64,000 nt of DNA from an uncultured Gemmatimonadales bacterium (GTDB taxonomy: Bacteria > Gemmatimonadota > Gemmatimonadetes > Gemmatimonadales > GWC2-71-9), in NCBI GenBank assembly GCA_963748035.1, contig CAVVHO010000005.1:1097080-1161079 (forward strand). The letters run 5' to 3'. Positions 54,205 through 63,151 of this stretch are shown piece by piece. The notes beneath the pieces are model-generated. The model searched no databases and was not told the DNA's origin. It saw only the letters and a program-made list of their open reading frames with translations. Every line of letters starts with the position of its first letter. The stretch's first letter is position 1. A program made the position numbers and the translations under genes.

Positions 54205-57200
54205 TCAGGCGCCGGCGCGATGCCGACGCACACTGAGAGTGACCTGGAACCCTTCGACGTCCACCGGCTGTCGGAGGTCGGCCTCCGCAATCGTCCGTCC
54301 CAACTCGAGTCGCCGCGCCAGCGTCTCGGTCATGATAAATCCCCGGTGTTCCTCTGCCGCGGTCAGCACCGGCTCCGGGCCCTCGACCCCCAATTCGATC
54401 CTGTCGCTGACTTGATAGTCGGCGTCACGCCGGAGGCGCTGGATGTGGTGCACCAGCTCCCGGGCGAGGCCTTCCCGGCTCAGCATGACATCAAGAGTTG
54501 GATCAAGAGCCGCGACGTAGGGCCCATCACTGGCCACAAGCCAGGAGGTCGCCACCTCCCGCTCCACGACTACATCCTCAGAAGAATAAGCGAATTGCAT
54601 GCCGTTTTCATGCACGGAGACCACCTGCCCGGATTCCAGGGCCCGAAGCTGATCCTGGCTGAGGGTCTCGACCGCCTTGGCCGCCGCCGGGGTTTCCTTC
54701 CCATAGCGCTTGCCAAGGGAACGGAAGTTTGCCTTGCCCTTGAGGCGCACCAAGTCGGTATCCGATTCCGCTATCGAAATCAGTTTGACGTTCACCTCGC
54801 TCTGGAGGATTCCCAGAAGCCGCTCGAAGACTGGACCTCGCACACCGCCTGGGACCGCGACCTGCATCCGGGCCAGCGGCTGCCGCACCTTCAGCTTCGC
54901 CGCCTCGCGGGCCGAGCGCGCAAGCGAGGCAAGACGTCGGATCGCGTCCATGGCAATCGAAAGCTGGGCAACATCCCCTGACCCGACCGGCTCGCCTCTC
55001 CCGAGAACATCGGCGCCGGGTCGCGGCTTGGGCCACCCACCAAGGTGGACCGCAGTACCCGCCAGAGACCGATGCAGCCAGTCACTCGCAAACGGGGCTC
55101 CCGGAGCGAGGAGCCGGCTGACCACCACCAGACATTCCCAAAGCGTGGCGGTGGCATCGGCATCTGCTTCGCCATCCGGCGCCCAGAATCGGTCACGACT
55201 GATTCGTACGTACCAGTTGGAAAGATCATCAACCACAAAGTCCATGAGGGCGCGAATCCCCGCCGTGGGCTCGTAGCTTGACCAAGCCGCGGTGACGGCG
55301 CCGACAGTAGCCTCGAGACGGCCGAGGACCCATTGGTCGGACAGAGGCCGCTCGCCTCTGGGCAAGGCCCGCTGGGCGCCGCCGGCGTAGCGCCGAAAGA
55401 ACTCATAGGTGTTCTTGAGGGCCCGAAGAAAATCGCCGGTCACCTGCGGGATCTGCCGGGGGTCGAATGGCTTCTCGTTCCACACCTGGCTCGACGCCAA
55501 CAGGTACAGCCGAACGGTGTCGGCCCCGAATTCCCCCACCATCTCCCAAGGATCCACGACGTTCCCGAGCCGTTTGGACATCTTGCGGCCATCGGCGTCC
55601 TGCAGCAGCCCGTTCACAATGACGTTGCGGTACGCCGGGCTGTCGAATGCCGTAGTGGCAATCGCCAGCAGGGAATAGAACCAGCCGCGGGTCTGGTCCA
55701 CACCTTCGCAGATATAGTCGGCGGGGAAATGTGCTCGGAACTCGGCTTCGTGTTCGAACGGGTAGTGCCACTGGGCATAGGGCATCGAACCCGAATCAAA
55801 CCAGGTGTCGATCACCTCTGGCGTCCGTTTCATGGTTCCGCCGCAGCGGCAGGACCACGTGTAGCTGTCGATGTAGGGCTTGTGGGGGTCAAAATTCGCC
55901 GGCAGCACCTGGCCCCAGCGCTCCGCCAGGCGGGCATAGCTCCCGACTACTTCGACGTGCTCCGGCTCCTGGTCACAGACCCAGACTGGAAGAGGTGTCC
56001 CCCAGTAGCGATCCCTGGAGAGAGCCCAGTCGACGTTGTTTTCCAGCCAACCACCGAACCGGCCTTCGCCCACGGCGAGAGGCTGCCAGTTCACCTGCCG
56101 GTTGAACTCGACCATCCGCTCCTTCACCATCGAGGTGCGGACGAACCAGCTGTCGCGGGCGTAGTAGATGAGCTTGCTGGAACAGCGCCAGCAGAAAGGG
56201 TAGTCATGCTCATACTGCTCGGTCCGCAGCCAACGACCGTCAGCCTTGAGCTGCCGGATGATCGCCTCGTTGGTTTCGTCAGCCGTGACGAGCTTGCCTT
56301 CGATCTCGGGCCAAATGGTGCCCTGAAACGTCCCATCGGGGCCGACCGGACGCACAAGCGCGAGGTTGAACTTTTGGCCGGCGGCGTAGTCATCCGCGCC
56401 AAAGGCCGGCGCCATATGCACGATGCCCGATCCGTCCTCGGCGGTGACGAATTCACCAGGGATGACCACCGAGTGGTCCTTGTCGGCCGGCATCGCGACG
56501 ACATTGAAAGGCTTGATGTAACGCAGCCCCGCCAGCTCGCGCCCTTTTACGGCCGATTCGAGAACGACCTCGCCCCCGAGGACTTCCCGCAGTTTTTCTT
56601 CCTGGGCAATCGCCATGACGAAGATCCGGCCCGGGTGCTTCGTGCTCCGATAGAGTCCGTACTCGAGATCCGGATGAACCGCCGCGGCCACGTTCGAGGG
56701 CAGCGTCCACGGCGTGGTGGTCCAGATCACGAGCTCCCGTCCGGAATCATCCGCCAGGGGAAAAGTGACGTAGATCGACCGATCCTTGATCTTGTCGTAT
56801 CCCAGCGAAAGCTCGTGGCTCGAGAGCACGGTGCCGCAGCGGGGGCAGTACGGCAAGACTCGATGCCCGCGGGACAGCAGGTTCTTTTCAAACAGCCGAT
56901 GTAGCAGCCACCAGACCGACTCGATGTACTCGTTGGTGTAGGTGACGTAGGCGTGTTCGTAGTCCAGCCAATAGCCGATCCGGTTGGAAAGCTCTTCCCA
57001 GTCGGCCTTGTAGGTGAATACACTCTTCCGACAGAGGCGATTGAACTCCTCCACGCCAAACGCCTCGATGGCTTTCTTGCCGTTGAGATTGAGTTGCTTC
57101 TCCACCTCGATCTCCACCGGCAGCCCATGGGTGTCCCATCCCGCGATCCGCGTGACCGATTTCCCCTGCATCGTTTGGAAACGGCAGATGAGGTCCTTGA

Positions 57201-57390
57201 TGGTCCGGGCGAAGACGTGGTGGATGCCGGGTTTGCCGTTCGCGGTTGGCGGGCCCTCGAAAAACACAAACGGAGGCCCCGAGCGAGTGGCATCGAGGGT
57301 CTGTTCGAAGAGCCGCTCTTCCTTCCATCGGCCGAGCAGCTCCTGTTCCATCCGGTCGGCGCCGCCGTCCGGCCAGGGCCGATAGCTCAT
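54205..57390 (-). CDS. ileS: isoleucyl-tRNA synthetase (long, type-2-like form)
   Basis: ATG 57390 (ATGA overlap with the punA stop): ..FFEGPPTANGKPGIHHVFAR (HIGH)..GWDTHGLP..KMSKRLGN (KMSKS). The 84-aa upstream extension in the track ORF is His/Arg junk. Confidence 0.95.
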   Translation of the reverse strand: MSYRPWPDGGADRMEQELLGRWKEERLFEQTLDATRSGPPFVFFEGPPTANGKPGIHHVFARTIKDLICRFQTMQGKSVTRIAGWDTHGLPVEIEVEKQLNLNGKKAIEAFGVEEFNRLCRKSVFTYKADWEELSNRIGYWLDYEHAYVTYTNEYIESVWWLLHRLFEKNLLSRGHRVLPYCPRCGTVLSSHELSLGYDKIKDRSIYVTFPLADDSGRELVIWTTTPWTLPSNVAAAVHPDLEYGLYRSTKHPGRIFVMAIAQEEKLREVLGGEVVLESAVKGRELAGLRYIKPFNVVAMPADKDHSVVIPGEFVTAEDGSGIVHMAPAFGADDYAAGQKFNLALVRPVGPDGTFQGTIWPEIEGKLVTADETNEAIIRQLKADGRWLRTEQYEHDYPFCWRCSSKLIYYARDSWFVRTSMVKERMVEFNRQVNWQPLAVGEGRFGGWLENNVDWALSRDRYWGTPLPVWVCDQEPEHVEVVGSYARLAERWGQVLPANFDPHKPYIDSYTWSCRCGGTMKRTPEVIDTWFDSGSMPYAQWHYPFEHEAEFRAHFPADYICEGVDQTRGWFYSLLAIATTAFDSPAYRNVIVNGLLQDADGRKMSKRLGNVVDPWEMVGEFGADTVRLYLLASSQVWNEKPFDPRQIPQVTGDFLRALKNTYEFFRRYAGGAQRALPRGERPLSDQWVLGRLEATVGAVTAAWSSYEPTAGIRALMDFVVDDLSNWYVRISRDRFWAPDGEADADATATLWECLVVVSRLLAPGAPFASDWLHRSLAGTAVHLGGWPKPRPGADVLGRGEPVGSGDVAQLSIAMDAIRRLASLARSAREAAKLKVRQPLARMQVAVPGGVRGPVFERLLGILQSEVNVKLISIAESDTDLVRLKGKANFRSLGKRYGKETPAAAKAVETLSQDQLRALESGQVVSVHENGMQFAYSSEDVVVEREVATSWLVASDGPYVAALDPTLDVMLSREGLARELVHHIQRLRRDADYQVSDRIELGVEGPEPVLTAAEEHRGFIMTETLARRLELGRTIAEADLRQPVDVEGFQVTLSVRRHRAGA

Positions 57391-58220
57391 GAGGCGATCT
57401 GTTCGACCAGGCTCGAGACCAATCGGGTCAGCTTGGGTTCGGCGCCCATCGCGATCGCGATGATGTGTTCGATCTTGGCTGGGGTGAGCGCATCTGGAAG
57501 GCACTGATCGGTGATGATGGATATCCCCACCGTCTTCATTCCCTGATGGACGGCGACGATCACCTCGGGCACGGTGGACATGCCGACGATGTCCGCGCCC
57601 ATGCCCCGAAGCATCCGGTACTCGGCCCTGGTTTCGAGACACGGACCGGGAACGGCGACATACACCCCTTCACGGAGGGTGATTCCCTGCTCCAGCGCGA
57701 GCGCCCGCGCGCGGGCCCGGAGCCCGGCGTCGTAGGGATCCGACATATCCGGAAACCTGGGACCAAGCCGATCGTCGTTCCGGCCGATGAGCGGATTGTC
57801 GCCGAGAAAGTTGATATGGTCGCTGATGAGTACCAGATCCCCCGGCGCCCACAGGGGGTGCATACCACCGGAGACGTTGGTCACGACCAAGGTGTTCGCG
57901 CCGAGGGCGTGCATCACCCGGAGCGGAAAGGTGACCTCCTGCAGGGTGTAACCCTCGTAGCGGTGGAAGCGTCCCTGCATCGCGACGACCTTGCGACCCG
58001 AGAGCCGACCCAACAGCAGCCGCCCCGCATGGCTTTCGACGGTAGAAAGCGGGAATCCGGGGATTTCCTCATAGGGGATCACCGCTTCGGTGACGATCTC
58101 CTTGGCAAGACCGCCGAGGCCAGTGCCGAGGATGATCGCGATATCGGGCGTAAAAGCGCTGCGGCCGCGTACCACGGCGGCCGCCTGCTGAATCCGTTCG
58201 TAAAGATCGGGGAGGGTCAT
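57387..58220 (-). CDS. punA: purine nucleoside phosphorylase (trimeric PNP/PunA type)
   Basis: IAIILGTGLGGLA..HAGRLLLGRL..VAMQGRFHRYEGY..VTNVSGG..GMSTVPEV. Confidence 0.9.
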   Translation of the reverse strand: MTLPDLYERIQQAAAVVRGRSAFTPDIAIILGTGLGGLAKEIVTEAVIPYEEIPGFPLSTVESHAGRLLLGRLSGRKVVAMQGRFHRYEGYTLQEVTFPLRVMHALGANTLVVTNVSGGMHPLWAPGDLVLISDHINFLGDNPLIGRNDDRLGPRFPDMSDPYDAGLRARARALALEQGITLREGVYVAVPGPCLETRAEYRMLRGMGADIVGMSTVPEVIVAVHQGMKTVGISIITDQCLPDALTPAKIEHIIAIAMGAEPKLTRLVSSLVEQIAS

Positions 58221-58732
58221 GCGTGGCGCTTGAGCAGCAGCTCCGTCTGGACTTGATGGGAAAGCTGCGCGTGGGTTTGCAAGCCCTCGATCTCGCCTAA
58301 CTGGCGCTCGAGCAAGGCGCGGAAGTTGGCGAGATAGGCCGCGAACTGCCGCTGCAGCATCTCATGCCGCTCCCGCACCTGCTTTTCCTCTTCTTGAGCC
58401 TGGCCAACCAGGCGAAGCGCGTCGGTCTTGGCCTCGCGCAGGATGGCCTCGGAATCACGATCGGCCTGCTCCTGCGCGGCCACCCGCAGCTGCTGCGCCG
58501 CGAGCAGTGCTTCGTTCATTGCGCGCTCCCGCTCGCGGAAAGCCCGGAGCTGTTCCTGAAAGCCCTGCAGCCGCTCGTCCAGCTTCATCCGTTCCCGGAC
58601 CAGACGGTCGAGCTCTTCCGCGACCCTGGTCTTGAACTCTTCCACCTGCGCGGGATCGTATCCGCGAAAGATGCGCTGGAACTCCTGTGCCCGAACATCG
58701 CTCGGGGTCAGGTGAAACGCGTCGTTGCTCAT
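58217..58732 (-). CDS. divIVA: DivIVA domain protein
   Basis: LTPSDVRAQEFQRIFRGYDPAQVEEFKTRVAEELDRL, followed by a coiled coil. Confidence 0.88.
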   Translation of the reverse strand: MSNDAFHLTPSDVRAQEFQRIFRGYDPAQVEEFKTRVAEELDRLVRERMKLDERLQGFQEQLRAFRERERAMNEALLAAQQLRVAAQEQADRDSEAILREAKTDALRLVGQAQEEEKQVRERHEMLQRQFAAYLANFRALLERQLGEIEGLQTHAQLSHQVQTELLLKRHA

Positions 58733-59415
58733 GAGCCGCGCTCTCCAAACAGAAGGGTCCCCAACCGCACGATCGTGGCGCCCTCTTCTACTGCCACGAG
58801 ATAGTCTCCCGACATCCCCATCGACAACTCTGGTAACCGGATGCCCCGCCGCTCTTCGACGTCGCGGAGCTGGCGGAGTGTCCGGAAGGCGTCGCGCTGC
58901 TGATCGACATTCTCGGTCAACGCCGCCATCGTCATCAATCCGCGAATCTCGAGGCGCGAGTGCGGCTGTATCTGGTCCAGGACGACCGGCAGCTCGGCCG
59001 GAAGGACCCCGCCCTTCTGCGATTCGTCGGAGCAGTTCACCTGCACCAAGATCGGCTGCCGGCTGCCGGGGCTGGCCCGCCGAGCGAGATCCTCGGCGAG
59101 CCCGACGCTGTCCACCGAATGAATGAGCGCAAAACGACCGACAGCGTGTTTCGCCTTATTGCGCTGGAGGCTGCCGATCAAGTGCCAGTCGACCTCCACA
59201 TCGGCGAGCTGCTCCTGCTTGGCGATAGCCTCCTGCACCCGGTTTTCGCCCACCGCGGTGAGCCCCACGGCGACTGCCGCCCGAACGGCCTCAGGCGGAT
59301 GGGTCTTGGTGACTGCAACGATCGTAACCGGGTGGGTCCATTCGCTCCGCGCCTGATGCTCGGCGATCCGGGCCCGGACCTCGGCCACGCGCTCAGCCAG
59401 TCCGGGATACGGCAT
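58729..59415 (-). CDS. yggS: PLP-binding protein YggS/YlmE family
   Basis: ATG 59415: ..VTIVAVTKTHP..VGENRVQE..WHLIGSLQRNK..HSVDS..EIRGLMTMA..LSMGMSGDY..IVRLGTLLFG. Confidence 0.9.
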   Translation of the reverse strand: MPYPGLAERVAEVRARIAEHQARSEWTHPVTIVAVTKTHPPEAVRAAVAVGLTAVGENRVQEAIAKQEQLADVEVDWHLIGSLQRNKAKHAVGRFALIHSVDSVGLAEDLARRASPGSRQPILVQVNCSDESQKGGVLPAELPVVLDQIQPHSRLEIRGLMTMAALTENVDQQRDAFRTLRQLRDVEERRGIRLPELSMGMSGDYLVAVEEGATIVRLGTLLFGERGS

Positions 59416-59443
59416 GGGAGGTAAATCTAAGCAGCGGTTAGGG

Positions 59444-61835
59444 TTATTTGTAGGGGGCGGAGTCGCCCGGCGGCGAATCGCCCCGGGGCTGGACCAGCAT
59501 GGACATGAGCGCCCGTTTGAGCGCCGGGTTGGTGGAGAGCTGGGCTGCTCGGTTGAGATTGTTGATGGCGGCGTCCCGGTCGCTACGGACCTCATAGGCG
59601 TAGGCCAGCTGAGAGAACGGAAGCGACAGGTTGTTTGCCACGCCCGCCGCGGTCGGCTCAAGCTGGTTCGGCTTGTCGCGCAGGAGACCAGCGTACCGGT
59701 ACGTCCCCCAGGCGAGTCGGTCGGTAGTCGGCACGTCTAGAGACACGCCGAGGATCCTGTGATTGTCGACGTCCGCCCGCGTCGTATCCACGGCGCCGGT
59801 CTGCAGCCGCATCACGAGTCCTTGCTGCAGCAGGTAGCGTTCCAGTCCGTAGAACTCGCCACCCGTCGTCATCGACCACGCGATTGGACGGCGCCCGTGA
59901 TTGTCCTGGAGGATGCGGAGCACCGCGAAATCCCGGCTGTAGATCGGTGTCCCCTTCCTCAGCACGTGGCTGATGGGGCCGATCTGCAGGGTAAAGTCCC
60001 GGGGAAGCAGCTGGCCCTCGGCCTGGGCGATCTGCGCGTCGCTGAGGCTATGTGGCTTCCAGGTGGGCAGCACCGCGTGCGCCACCCTTCCAGATGTCAG
60101 GCGCGGCCACCTCGTCGAACGGGCGGATCGGGTTGTCTCGGAGTTGTCGCTTGTACCAGTCGGTCTCCGTCAACGCGAGACAGACCACCAGCACATCCTG
60201 GCGCACCCCGTTCACTTCCTGGGCCCACCACAGTGGGAAGGTGTCGTTGTCACCGTAGGTAAACAGAATGCCGTAAGGCGGTACCGAATTGAGCAGGTCG
60301 TAGGCAAAGTCGGCCGCCAGTGTGGCATCGGCGCCGTGCCGCCTCGTGGCGGCGCTGAAGTTGCCCACGAATGGAGCCAGCGCTACGAGCCCGAGCGGAA
60401 CCGCCGCGAGTCCTGGAGCCAACCGACGCCACCTCTCCATCGCCGAGCGGATCAAGGAGGTCAATCCCATCCCCGCCCACAGGCCCCATACCAGGAAACT
60501 CACCACAAAGAAGTAGTCGCGATCGCGGACTTCATGATCGCTGCCATCGGGGTAGTTGTCGTACGCCATGCTGAAGCCCGGCTTGAAATTCATGTAGACC
60601 ACCAGCCCTAGCCCAGTCACCAGCCACAACAGGAAGAGCAACCACCAACCCGCCCGATCGGCGCGCCGCTGCAGGAACAATCCGCGGATGCCGAGCCAGG
60701 CGAAGAACAGGGTCGGGAGTAGTCGGGCTGGCAGTTTCACGATGGCCAGGTCCATCACGGCCCGGAGGCCGTTGGCCCATTGCCAGTCGAAGTACTGGAC
60801 GTAGTTCGCCAGTTGCAGGGCGATGATCTTGACGCTTCGCCCAGGGTTGTCGAGACCGTGCGCAATGGTGGGGTCGTCAAGCGGTGTCCGGACGGGGTAT
60901 TGCTCCCGCCGGATCACCGCGAGCAGGGCCGTCCAGTTGTCAGGCTGGGCCTCGTTGATGATCGGGTGCTGGCCCGCGCGGATATAGAGGAAGAGGTAGC
61001 TGGTGACTCCGATGGCCGAGACCGCCAACGCCACCAGCGCGAATGGCAGGGCGGATGCGGTGGCCGCGAATGCCGCGGCCGCCAGAAAGCAGGCTCCACC
61101 GAGCACGACGAGTATGGTACTCCCGAGGCCGCACCCGATGAGGAGCGCCCAGCTTCCCGCGACGACCGCCACCTGAGCCCATTCCATGGAGCGTTCGCGC
61201 GGCGTCGCTGCGGGATCCTGGAGCAGGACAGCCGCGAGGAACCCGACCACGGCCGGGCCCACCAGCAAGGCCAGCAGGTGGTTCCCGATGGACAGCCCCG
61301 CCAGATACAGGATGAGGAGCAGGACGTGCGACGCGCGCACCGTCCCACGGTTCGCGCGCCAGACCAGGCAGAGCCAGGTGATCGCCGCTATGGTGAAGGT
61401 GGCGGCGGCGTACACCTCGGTCTCATTGGAGTTCTGCCAATTTGTGAATGTGAATGCCGAGATGAGCACCGCGGCAAGGCTCCCCCCGACCCGCAAGAGC
61501 CGGGCACCCGGTTCCGGCAGGTCGGCGGCGTAGCGCGCGAGGGTCTCATGGACGACGAGAAACAAGAACCCGGCGGCGCAGGCACTCAGCGTCGCGCTGA
61601 GCAGATTGGTCCGCTGAGCGTACTCAGAAAGCGGCACCAATGCACCCCACACATGCCCAATCAGCACGAACAGCGGTGTGCCAGGCGGATGCGGGATACC
61701 CAGGTTCTTCGCCGCGGCGATGAACTCTCCCGCGTCCCAGAATGTCACAGTCGGCGCGAGCGTGATGACGTATCCGGTCAGAACAAGCGCCGTGGCGAGG
61801 ACAGCCAAGAGGTAGGGAGGGCGGCGGGTGGTCAT
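59444..61835 (-). pseudogene. DUF2723-type GT-C fold membrane glycosyltransferase-like protein; +1 frameshift near 60080-60092 as sequenced
   Basis: N-terminal ORF 60048-61835 (..LAPTVTFWDAGEFIAAAKNLGIPHPPGTPLF.., at least 10 TM). C-terminal ORF 59444-60085 continues in the +1 frame (..DIWKG | AHAVLPTWKPHSLSD..). Span 2392 nt = 3n+1. Confidence 0.75.
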
Positions 61836-61843
61836 TCAGGCGG

Positions 61844-61927
61844 TGGGTGTGAGGAGTGAGAAGTAGGAAGTGAGGAGTGAGGAGTGAGGAGTGAGGAGTC
61901 AGAAAGGAAACGTGAAGAGTGGAAAGG
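61844..61927. repeat. heptanucleotide tandem array (GAGGAGT)n, 7 core units + degenerate flanks
   Basis: 61851-61899: gaggagt gagaagt aggaagt gaggagt gaggagt gaggagt gaggagt; then cagaaag gaaacgt gaagagt ggaaagg. Lies in the 143-nt folP/DUF2723 spacer. Confidence 0.92.
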
Positions 61928-61978
61928 GGATCCGCTGCCTTACACCCTCGACGTTCCACCTTACGCGTCTTGAGTCGT

Positions 61979-63151
61979 TCACCGCTCACCTCCGACCGCC
62001 GCAGCGACCGACAGCGCATCCCGGGCCATGGCCACGTTGTGCACTCGAAAGAGCCGTGCGCCCCGTTCGTAGGCAACCACGCAGGCCGCAGCTGTGGCGA
62101 CGTCGCGATCGCCGAGCTCCCGACCCGTCACGCTCCCGAGGAACCGCTTTCGAGACGGTCCGACGAGGATGGGACGTCCCAGGGAACGAAGGGCCGCCAA
62201 GCGGTCGCACAGCAGCAGATTCTGCTCCGCGGTCTTGGAGAATCCGAAACCGGGGTCGAGCACGATGCGCTCTGCCGGCACACCCGCGGTGAGGGCTCGA
62301 TCGAACGCCGCACCCAGCTCCGTCCGCACCCCGGTCACCACATCCGGGTCGTACTCGGCGTCATCCAGCCGTGCCATGGTGCTCACCGTTCCCCGGCTAT
62401 GCATCAGGATCACCCCCGCGCCGGCCTGTGCCGCCGTCCGGGCCATGGCGGGGTCCAGTCGGAATGCGGAGACGTCGTTCACGATCGCGGCTCCGGCCTC
62501 GACCGCCGCGCGCGCGACGCCAGCTTTGACGGTGTCCACTGAGATTGGGACGCCGGGGTGGCGTTTCACCAACGCTTCAAGCACCGGCATGACCCGGGAG
62601 AGTTCGTCGGGCTCCGGGACCGGCTCGCTGCCCGGCCGCGTGGATTCGCCGCCGAGGTCGAGCACGGCCGCCCCGTCCGCCACGAGCCGGTCAGCCTGGG
62701 CCACCGCGGCGTCCGGCGCCAGAAATCGGCCACCATCGCTGAAGGAATCGGGGGTGAGATTCAGAATGCCGAGGATCACGGGGCGATCGAGGCGGATGGA
62801 GCCCCGGGCGGTCACCCAGCTCGCAGGTGGTTCCGGAGTCAGCAGCAGACCGACGGCAGTCGCCACATCCGCGAGTGGCGGTGGCACCGTCCACGGTCGC
62901 GCCAGTGCCCCGAGTCTGGCTTCGGGCCCTCCCACGATGGCCCAGTCCGGACCGGTGATGACTTCAACGCCTAGCTGACCCGCGTAGTGAACCAGTGCGA
63001 GGATGGTGGAATCATCGAGGCCCGATAGCTCGATCGCCAAGGCGGCCATTCCACCAGCCGCGGCGTCGGCTCGGGCCTCGTCCACCCCCCGCGCGCGCAG
63101 CGCTTCGATAACGGCGCGCGGGGAATGGCACGGGAGACCGCGGGCGATCAC
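61979..63151 (-). CDS. folP: dihydropteroate synthase with about 120-aa N-terminal extension of unknown function
   Basis: DHPS core starts near RPVILGILNLTPDSFSDGG..DLGGESTRPG..ISVDT..IVNDVS..LVGPSRK. Preceded by MIARGLPCHSPRAVIEALRARGVDE..LVHYAGQLGVEVITGPDWAIVGG. ATGA overlap with the ftsH stop. Confidence 0.88.
   Translation of the reverse strand: MIARGLPCHSPRAVIEALRARGVDEARADAAAGGMAALAIELSGLDDSTILALVHYAGQLGVEVITGPDWAIVGGPEARLGALARPWTVPPPLADVATAVGLLLTPEPPASWVTARGSIRLDRPVILGILNLTPDSFSDGGRFLAPDAAVAQADRLVADGAAVLDLGGESTRPGSEPVPEPDELSRVMPVLEALVKRHPGVPISVDTVKAGVARAAVEAGAAIVNDVSAFRLDPAMARTAAQAGAGVILMHSRGTVSTMARLDDAEYDPDVVTGVRTELGAAFDRALTAGVPAERIVLDPGFGFSKTAEQNLLLCDRLAALRSLGRPILVGPSRKRFLGSVTGRELGDRDVATAAACVVAYERGARLFRVHNVAMARDALSVAAAVGGER

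Noticed and set aside
55333-56904. 523-aa plus-strand ORF
   Set aside because: Antisense to ileS.
61624-62076. 150-aa minus-strand ORF containing LTPHSSLLTPHFLLLTPH
   Set aside because: This is simply a translation of the GAGGAGT heptad array and its flanks. It overlaps the real start of the DUF2723 gene and the folP 3' end.
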